DNA of 64,000 nucleotides, taken from the NCBI GenBank assembly GCA_047602425.1, contig JASGHG010000001.1, forward strand, positions 640,001-704,000, written 5' to 3'. A program made the position numbers and the translations under genes. Origin of the DNA: Nibricoccus sp. GTDB lineage: Bacteria > Verrucomicrobiota > Verrucomicrobiia > Opitutales > Opitutaceae. This document shows positions 30,685 to 38,700 of this stretch, piece by piece. Each line of letters begins with the position of its first letter. The first letter of the stretch is position 1. The notes beneath the pieces are model-generated. The model worked only from the letters and a program-made list of their open reading frames with translations. It did no database searches and was not told where the DNA came from.

Positions 30685-30701
30685 TCGGCATGCGGCATGC
30701 G
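30685..30701 (+). promoter_or_regulatory. Candidate sigma54 (-24/-12) promoter
   Basis: tcGGcatgcggcatGC: GG at 30687-88, GC at 30699-30700, exact N10 spacing, 16 bp before ATG 30717. Confidence 0.55.
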
Positions 30702-30716
30702 AAGCAACTGTCACCT

Positions 30717-31388
30717 ATGAACACAATACGTTCGATCGCGGCGGCGATGGTAGTACTGACCTCGACCGCTATTTCTCAAGCAGTGACATTGGTCTACGAT
30801 ACAAATGTCGCTTTGCCTGGCACGACCGTTGCCGTTCGGCCGGAACTCGCCGGAACCATCATCGAGGACGACATTGTCAGTCCGTTCCAAATCACCATGG
30901 CGTCGGGAGGTCTTATTACGGGATCGATTCAAGAACGGGTGGTTCGTTCGACGGCCACGGGAACACTCGACTTTTATTGGAAGGTGAATGTCGACGCAAA
31001 TTCGGCGGGACCACTGAGCTATTTCCGCATCGGCAATATCCTCGGCAGTTCGTACGACGCCGATTGGCGCATCGACGGCTTGGGCGATGTCGGCCCGGAT
31101 TCGGCTCATCTCTTCGGCGGCTCGTATACCGGTTTGGGATACATCAACTTTTATTTCTCGGACGGTTTGGGCGCGGGACAGAGCTCGAATTTCATGTTCG
31201 TGCACACCGATGCGACCGAATACGATAAAAGCGGTCTGATGGACGTGGCGGATGCCGGAACCGTTCACATCTCTCAGCTTTTCAACACGTATGCACCCGT
31301 GACGCCCGTGCCCGACGCTGGCGCCACGCTGATGCTGCTTGGAGTTGGTCTGTCCAGCCTCGCCTTTCTACGTCGGCGGACGCGCTAA
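30717..31388 (+). CDS. VPDSG-CTERM (PEP-CTERM variant) surface protein
   Basis: Signal peptide from ATG 30717; C-terminus PVPDAGATLMLLGVGLSSLAFLRRRTR (motif, TM helix, Arg cluster). Confidence 0.88.
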   Translation: MNTIRSIAAAMVVLTSTAISQAVTLVYDTNVALPGTTVAVRPELAGTIIEDDIVSPFQITMASGGLITGSIQERVVRSTATGTLDFYWKVNVDANSAGPLSYFRIGNILGSSYDADWRIDGLGDVGPDSAHLFGGSYTGLGYINFYFSDGLGAGQSSNFMFVHTDATEYDKSGLMDVADAGTVHISQLFNTYAPVTPVPDAGATLMLLGVGLSSLAFLRRRTR

Positions 31389-31408
31389 CATTCTGTCTGC
31401 GACAATCG

Positions 31409-31448
31409 ATACAAAAAGGCAGGCTTTATCGAGCCTGCCTTTTTGTAT
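31409..31448. terminator. Bidirectional rho-independent terminator
   Basis: atacaaaaaggcaggct-ttatcg-agcctgcctttttgtat between convergent genes. Confidence 0.85.
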
Positions 31449-31482
31449 TTGCAGCGTGGACGATTCGGCTAATTCGTCCCGC

Positions 31483-31516
31483 AAAAAAAAGGCCGGCGAA
31501 TGTGAGCGCCGGCCTT
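31483..31516 (-). terminator. Rho-independent terminator of the PL1-like gene
   Basis: A8 tract then ggccggcg...cgccggcc, read on the minus strand. Confidence 0.8.
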
Positions 31517-31542
31517 GGGATTTAACTCTTTTAAGCGGTTCG

Positions 31543-34500
31543 TTAGAGCTCGGGATCCTTCAGCAGGCCGTCGCCTTGGAGCAACAAGTCGTCGGATTGC
31601 GTGCGTCCATTTAGGATTGAACGGCCACCGATCGTCACTCGTCCGTTGGGAGCAACCACCGAGGCATTGAGTATTACCCGGCCGTCCAAGGACAAGTCGC
31701 CTCGGGCGATCTCGATCGTGAACGATTGGTCGGGCGAACCGGAGACACCTGTGCCGTCAAAACGAACGTCGCCCGCAACGCGGAGCAGCACGGGGCCAAC
31801 AATCTGAATCGAGGCCTGCCCGCTGAGCGTGAGTTTTTGCAGGTTGTAAACCGACGGCTCGGTCGAACCGGCAACGCCGAGGATGAAGCTTCCCCTGCCG
31901 TGTGCGCTAAAATCGCCGTAAGTCCCCGGCGGAACTACGACGGGGCCATGATGATTGTGCGTCAGGTGACATAGCGTCGTGAAATCGCCGATGCTGTCCG
32001 TCTCGCGATTCAAGAACACCTGGCGGTTGCCAGCAGGTTTCGGCGGGCAACGCAGGAATGGCTTGAGCCAGCCGTTTTTCTTGGAGTGGTGCGAATGATA
32101 ACCGTCAGGCGCGGGCGGCACGTCAACGGTGGGCAACGCAATTGGGTCGATGCGGCGCACCGTGTGGCGCAGGACCGGTCGACCGAAGAGCGTGATCGTG
32201 TAATTGCCCGGCGTGGTCGCTCCTTCGGCGTCAATGGTGCCACCGTAGGTCGGCGTGCCGAAGGTGCGCACTGAGGGCAGGCCGGGCACGAGGAGATCGA
32301 GCGAGATCATGGACCAGCCAGTGAGCAACACGTGCTCGCCCGTCAGCAGTTGAACCGAACCATCGACTTCGCCAAACAATTTTGGCGCGCGGCGCACGGC
32401 GGCGGTGGCGGCGATCGACAATTCCGCGGTTGCGGTGCCGATATAGTTGGGTTCGTCGATTGTCGCGACCACATCGTAGGCGCCGGGATATGTGGGCGCG
32501 TGGGCAACGCCATCATAGGTATAGACGATGTTTAGGCCAACCGGGCTTGTGGTGGCCGAGGCATTCACCGGCGACCCGGTGTAGGAACGGAGTTGATCGA
32601 CCAGCGTCAGCGTCGCGAGGGCTTTTTCGATGGAGAACGTCAGCGTGACGCTGGTGGTGCCGGCAACGTTGGTCGCGCTGATCACAACGGTGTAGGTTCC
32701 GGCGCCGGTCGGAGCACCCGAGATCACGCCTGTCGCCGCATCGAGTTCGAGCCCCGGAGGAAGCCCGGTCGCACTATAGGAAGTGGGCAGGTGCGTCGCC
32801 TGGATTCCAATATTGAGACCCGAACCATAGACTCCACTTAGATCCATAGTGGCGATGACGGGAGGGCGGGCAAAAATATGGAGATTGACCAGACCGGTCA
32901 TCGAACTGCCTTCGGCGTCCGTGACGGTGTAGCGGAATGAACCGAGTCCAATGATGTTGCGCGTCGGGACAAAAATCGCGGTTTTACCGTCAGCAGCGAG
33001 GATGACCTGGCCGTTTTGCGCGTCGAAGACGGCGTGCACGGGCCCATTGGTATAGCCGCGCGTCAGACTGCTGAGATCGATCTCAATCGAGCTGTCATGT
33101 TCAACGTCGGCGTGCGGCAAGGCGAGCCAGTTTAGATACTCCTCAAGGTTCGTGTATCCGTTATTGTCGGCATCGGCGTTGGCATCGGAGAAGTCGCCGG
33201 GAGCGGAATTCGGATTCAGGCCCTTGATCTTTTCCCACCAATCCGGAAGGCCGTCGTTATCGGAGTCGAAATCGGAGGAGCGATGGAACTCGGGATAATC
33301 CTCCCAACCGCCGACATCGTCCTGCGAGTTGGGCAGGCCGGGATAGCCGCCGAAAGGCCCGGTGCCGGTGTAGGTGTAGGTTCCGGTTAACGTTTCGCCG
33401 ATAACCCGAACATCGTGGTCGTCAATCGGAGCATTCGCACCGACGTCGGAAAGCACTCGCTTGTACGCATCGCGCGCCGACTGCGTTTCGACGTACGAGG
33501 GGAAGAAGGGAGCGTTCACGAAAGTCTCGTAGGTAGGTGGAATGACGTCGCTTTCAACGACACTGCGGCGACCGGCTTCCTGGTTGGTCTCGTCGAAACG
33601 GCCCGGCATGACATTGCCGGCGAAGTAGGCGCGCTGGGAACCTCCGGCGTTGTTTTCGTGATTCATCGTGAGCGCGTAGAAATGGCGGGAGGCCGCGCCG
33701 GGCTTGTAGTAGTTGTTGACGAAGTTGACCTCCATGGCGCCGCCATCGGTGGTGCGGCCGCGCCAGTTGTAGACAACGTTGTTGGTGATATCGAGGCGTC
33801 CGGCGAAGTTACCCGAACCATCGAGACCGCCACCGAGCGACCAGTTGCGGCCTTCGTTGTGCGCAAGGAGGTTGTGATGGAAGCTGCCAATATCGCCGCC
33901 GATCGTGGCGGCGTAGCCGTGAGCTGTACCTGGCGGATAGTTTTGGTGGCCGGCGATATTGAGAGCCTCCGAGATCAAGGTGCGCTGGAGCGTAATATTC
34001 TTCGCCGTACGCGAGCTGAATTCCTCGTCTATGGCCCAACTGATGGAACAGTGATCCATGATACTGAAATCGCAGCCGGCGAGGCCGCCACCGTCGAGCG
34101 TGACACCGGCGATGTTGCCGGGGCGGTTGCGGAAATAGCGAATGACCGAATTGCGCGCACCGCTGAAGCCAAGTGGCCACCCACGCGTCGTGATGCCCTT
34201 GCCCGGGGCCGTCTGTCCCGCGATGGTGACATAAGGCTGGCTGAGCGTCAGCCGGGACTGGAGGGTGATGAGGCCGCTGACATCGAAAACGATCGTACGT
34301 GGTCCCGTTTCCTGCTCGATCGCGTAGCGAAGCGTGCCAGGAATGGGCGTTTGGCTGGAGCCATAGTCGGCAAGAGACGTCACTTTCACGACGCGGCCAC
34401 CGCGACCGCCGATGGCGAAACGTCCATAACCTTCCGCTCCCGGGAAAGCGAGCTGCCGGGGCTTGAAGTACCAGGTCGTACCCTTGGTGACGTTGCCCAA

Positions 34501-35493
34501 GGTGTTGATCTCGTCGATGCGCCAGTAGTACTTCAAGTGGTTGCTGAGCCCCGAGACGGGGAAAGTGGTGGAAACTTGATTGCCCTTATATTCCGGAGAG
34601 CCACGTGTAGCGGTTTTCACCGCCTGCAAGTCGGTGCCGAAATAAACGTCGTGGGAAACAACGTTGCCACTGAGCGCGGGCAGCCAGCCTAAAGTAAGCC
34701 CTCCCTCGTCGGCATTGGCATGTTCGTCGAAATCCACCGGATAAGGCGTGTTGGCGATGCGGCTGGTATTGGGCGTGTCGATTTCGAAGCCGTTGATGAA
34801 CGGCGTGCGGCGGAGATTGACGCCGGGAGGAAGCGTGACCGAAGGAGCGGGATCAGCGCTAAAGAGAATTGTAACGACATCGCCCGGCCCACTGACGGAA
34901 AATTCAAGGTAGGCCGTGGCGGCAGCGAGGGTGGATGCGGCGCGAATGGTTTGCTGGAGATTGTCGACGACCTGGGTGCCGTTGACGAAAATATCGATTG
35001 GGCCAAAGAAATTTGTGGCGGGGTTGTCGACAGCGTTATGGTAGGTCAACAACGTGTGATCGCCGGGGGAAAGGCCGGTGATGGTCATCTGGATTTCGCC
35101 GCCCGCGACGGTGGCGACTGGGCCGGCGCCAATGCCGTCGCTAACGAGCTTCGCCGTGCCTTGCGCACCGACCTGAAACCAGTTGGCGATGATGCCAGTA
35201 CCGCCGCGACTGGCGGAAAGCGCCGTCTGCGCAAAACTGATTGTGACCACTTCGCCCGTGCTCGTGGTAAACGTCTGGGTCGCCGCCGCCGTGCCCGTCG
35301 TAGTCGTCCCGGGGTTTCCGCTGGGGATGATGGAGCTCCACATCGTGTAACCTGGTTCGGTTTGGCCAACTTGGTTGCGGGAGACGTTGTTAATGTCCAC
35401 TTTCAGTTCGCCCGCCAAAACGGCAGGTACGAGGGCGCAGGAAACGCCGATAATGGCGCATGCGCGCAGCAGGATGCGATGCATTGGGATCAT
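31543..35493 (-). CDS. Large secreted pectate-lyase-like (PL1) protein with accessory domains, He_PIG/Ig, MBG and a C-terminal beta-helix-like tail
   Basis: Signal peptide; AFPGAEGYGR..GGRGG, TIAGQTAPG, MDHCSISWAIDE, HHNLLAHNEGRN, NNVVYNW, DSDNDGLPDWWE; start at ATG 35493 or 35484. Confidence 0.88.
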   Translation of the reverse strand: MIPMHRILLRACAIIGVSCALVPAVLAGELKVDINNVSRNQVGQTEPGYTMWSSIIPSGNPGTTTTGTAAATQTFTTSTGEVVTISFAQTALSASRGGTGIIANWFQVGAQGTAKLVSDGIGAGPVATVAGGEIQMTITGLSPGDHTLLTYHNAVDNPATNFFGPIDIFVNGTQVVDNLQQTIRAASTLAAATAYLEFSVSGPGDVVTILFSADPAPSVTLPPGVNLRRTPFINGFEIDTPNTSRIANTPYPVDFDEHANADEGGLTLGWLPALSGNVVSHDVYFGTDLQAVKTATRGSPEYKGNQVSTTFPVSGLSNHLKYYWRIDEINTLGNVTKGTTWYFKPRQLAFPGAEGYGRFAIGGRGGRVVKVTSLADYGSSQTPIPGTLRYAIEQETGPRTIVFDVSGLITLQSRLTLSQPYVTIAGQTAPGKGITTRGWPLGFSGARNSVIRYFRNRPGNIAGVTLDGGGLAGCDFSIMDHCSISWAIDEEFSSRTAKNITLQRTLISEALNIAGHQNYPPGTAHGYAATIGGDIGSFHHNLLAHNEGRNWSLGGGLDGSGNFAGRLDITNNVVYNWRGRTTDGGAMEVNFVNNYYKPGAASRHFYALTMNHENNAGGSQRAYFAGNVMPGRFDETNQEAGRRSVVESDVIPPTYETFVNAPFFPSYVETQSARDAYKRVLSDVGANAPIDDHDVRVIGETLTGTYTYTGTGPFGGYPGLPNSQDDVGGWEDYPEFHRSSDFDSDNDGLPDWWEKIKGLNPNSAPGDFSDANADADNNGYTNLEEYLNWLALPHADVEHDSSIEIDLSSLTRGYTNGPVHAVFDAQNGQVILAADGKTAIFVPTRNIIGLGSFRYTVTDAEGSSMTGLVNLHIFARPPVIATMDLSGVYGSGLNIGIQATHLPTSYSATGLPPGLELDAATGVISGAPTGAGTYTVVISATNVAGTTSVTLTFSIEKALATLTLVDQLRSYTGSPVNASATTSPVGLNIVYTYDGVAHAPTYPGAYDVVATIDEPNYIGTATAELSIAATAAVRRAPKLFGEVDGSVQLLTGEHVLLTGWSMISLDLLVPGLPSVRTFGTPTYGGTIDAEGATTPGNYTITLFGRPVLRHTVRRIDPIALPTVDVPPAPDGYHSHHSKKNGWLKPFLRCPPKPAGNRQVFLNRETDSIGDFTTLCHLTHNHHGPVVVPPGTYGDFSAHGRGSFILGVAGSTEPSVYNLQKLTLSGQASIQIVGPVLLRVAGDVRFDGTGVSGSPDQSFTIEIARGDLSLDGRVILNASVVAPNGRVTIGGRSILNGRTQSDDLLLQGDGLLKDPEL

Positions 35494-35730
35494 AGCAGCG
35501 GGGGTTTGGGATATCGATATCTGGCGGTGATGACGCCGAGTTGTGGCAGGGCAAAAAGCAGTCAACAAAGGGTTCTCCTCAGCAACGGGCTCGTTGCGCA
35601 CATCGTTGAATGGAGCGATTTTTTCCACCCATGACAACGCCCGGAGCGTCCCGTAAATACGGGACAGGGCTTCCGCGTAACGATTCCCAAGTCGGACATC
35701 GATCGATTCTGCGCCGCCAATGGCGTGTCG

Positions 35731-35767
35731 AAAATAAAATGCCCGCGGTGTGGGCGACCGCGGGCAT
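35731..35767 (-). terminator. Terminator-like hairpin between the two lyase genes
   Basis: atgcccgcggt...accgcgggcat next to aaaataaa (T-rich on the minus strand). Confidence 0.7.
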
Positions 35768-35797
35768 GATTCTCATCGGATATTTTGCCGGTTGAGG

Positions 35798-38700
35798 TTA
35801 GTTTAAGGGCTCGGTTGATACCGGTTCCTGAAGGACGCCGTCGCCGTTGATGATCAGACGGTCGGCGATGACCTCGCCCGTAACGGTGCTGTTCGCGTTA
35901 ATGATCACGGTGCCCGTCGGAGCGATGACATAACCGTTCAATGTCGACGAAGCATTGAGGATGATGCCGCCCGCGGCGATCTTCAACGTCAGCCACTCGG
36001 GATGCGCAGCGTCGCCCACGGTCGAGCCGAAGTTGATCGCAGTGCCGTTCGCGAGCACCAGCGTGACAGGCCCAACAATTCGGAGCTGAGCCGACGCGTT
36101 GAGGATCAAGCTCTGCAGGTTGTAGACCGCCGGTTCGGTCGCACCCGCCACGCCAAGGGTGAAGCCACTGCCCGCGTTGGCGGTAAGATTGCCGTAGTTG
36201 CCCGGCGGCACGGCGACAAAACCGACAGCTCCGGTGAGGATGAGATTGCGGAGAGTGGCAAAATCACCCGGTGTCTGGCCGGCTTTGTAGATAAGAACGG
36301 TGCGCGTGCCAGTCGGCGATGGCGGAACGCTGACTGAAGGCATGGCAATCGGATCGACGCGGCGCACGAGGTAGCGGAGGACGGCGCTGTGGTTCAACGT
36401 CACGGAGTAATTCGTGGGCGTCGCGGCGCCGGTGGCATCTTGGATACCGCCGAAGGTTGGAGTACCGTTGAGACGCAAGGTGGGCAAACCAGGCACGAGC
36501 AGATCGCCCGCCACATAACCACGACTGTTGAGCGTAACGTATTCGCCATTCAGCATCTGGAGTGAGCCGTCGAGATCGCCATTGAGCACCGGCGCGTGGC
36601 GAACCAGCGCGGTGATCGAAATCACGAGCGTGCCACTAACCGATCCCGTATAGTTCGGGTCGCTGATTATGGCGACGACCTCATAGGTGCCGGGCAACGT
36701 CGGCGGCGTCGTGCTACCGTTGTAAGTAAACGTGACCGGCAAACCCGGCGGATTCGTTGTGATCACTGGCGTCTTTGGCGAGCCATCGTACGATAGACGC
36801 AACGGGTTGCGGCCCGAACCATTGCCGAAGCTAAGGACAACCGGCATTGGCGCCACCGTGATCGTGAGCGTGGAAGCGCCAGTGCCGGCGAGATTCGTAG
36901 CGCCAAGCGCGACGTTAAATGTCCCCGCCGCGCCAAGCGTGCCGGAGATCACGCCGGTGGCGGAATCGAGCGTCAGTCCCGGCGGCAACCCGGAAGCGCT
37001 GAAGCTCGTCGGCGCATTGTCGGCAGTGATCGTGTAGCTGAATGCATCGCCAAACGTGCCGCTGCGGGATGTGTCACTCGTGATCACAGGACGCGCGACG
37101 ATGGAAACACGCAACGAGTTGGCATCGACTGTCGTGACTCCCGCAAAACCGTCGGGCAACCCTGTCACCGTGAAGTCGCCCGAGGCAAACGTCGTGGAAC
37201 CAAAAGTCGCCACCGTGTAGCTGTTACCGTGAGCAAGTGGTTCGGTCGCGTTGAGCGCCAGCGACCAGCCCGCATCGGCGCCTTTGGTGAGCGCACCGCT
37301 GAGTACCAACTGATCGGATACGCCGTTGGCGCCGAGATCCAGCGAGAGCAATCCACCGCCATTCCACGCGAGCGACAAACCCGTAAGTGCACCGATTGTA
37401 ACCGGGCCAGCAGGCGCAACGCCACCACCAGCGTTGAGCGTAATCGGACGGTTGATCGTGCCAGTGCCCGCGAGGATGCCAGAACTGTTAATCATCACTC
37501 CATTAGTCGCAGTCGCGAGCGTGCTCGTGACGTTGAGTGTGCCGCTGTTGACCGTCGTGGTGCCCGTATACGTGTGCACACCGCCACCATCAAGTGTGAG
37601 CGTCCCCTCGCCTATTTTGGTGAAACCACCCGCGCCACCGACGATACCGTTGAGCGAGATATTGAAAGGTTCGTCAGAAGAATCGGCGGTTTTGATCGTC
37701 ACATTACCGCTGGCGGGCAGGTTAATGTTCAGCGCAGTCGACCAGTCGGCCTTGGCGCCGAGGATGCCGCTGCTGAAGTTGAGGTTCGTGACCAGCGTAC
37801 TCGCGCCGTTTTTCACGATACCACCGCTGCCGAGATAGAGGGTGCCGCCGTTGAGCGTGATCGTTGCCGAACCAGCTGTTACGGTCGGATCGAATCCAAG
37901 CGTGAATTTTTCCACGGTGCTCACGCCACCGGTGAAGATAGCGGTACCGACGTTGTTGGCATTGGCGCCGTTGTTGCGGCAAAGCAGCAGTCCGTACGCG
38001 GTGTCGGTCGAAATCAGAGTACCGCCAATCACGCGCAGCGCACCGCCACGAGCGCCGGTCTGTTGCCAGCCGATCGTGATCGGGCCACTCGCCGTGACGA
38101 GGCCGCCTTCGATGGACATGTTGCCGTAGGAGTTCAGCGTGCCGAGGCCGATATCGGTCGTGGCCAGCGTGCCGCCTGTGACGATCACACCGGTGCCATA
38201 GTCGGGCGCCGTGCCGGCGTTGCGCGTGACACTGACGCTGCCAGTTGTCACCGAACCGCCGCTAACAAGAAGCGTCGCTCCAAAGTTTCCGGCCGTGCGA
38301 TAGTTGCCGAGCGAAACTGCGCCATTGCTCACGATGATGCGTCCGGTGTTGTTCGTCACGAGGCCGGTCGTGGCCACCGAACCACCGCTGACCTGTAATA
38401 TAGTATTGGTCGAGAGATTGATCGCTCCTGAGCCGAGATTGAGCGCGCCACCGGTGGGCAGATCAATGTAACCGGTGTTAACGTTGAGCGCACCGGTCAC
38501 GGTGTTGGCACCGCCAAGCACGAGCGTGCCGGCGCCGTTCTTGGTCACACCGCCAGTGCCCGCGATGGAAGCGTCGACGCGTGCAATGGTCCCGTTAAGC
38601 CCGAAAGCCGTGCCGGTTCCGCCGGTGACACCATTGACCGTTAGGGTCGGCGAAGTTCCGGCGAGCGTGAGCTTGTTCGCAGCCGAGCCGTTGCCGTCGA

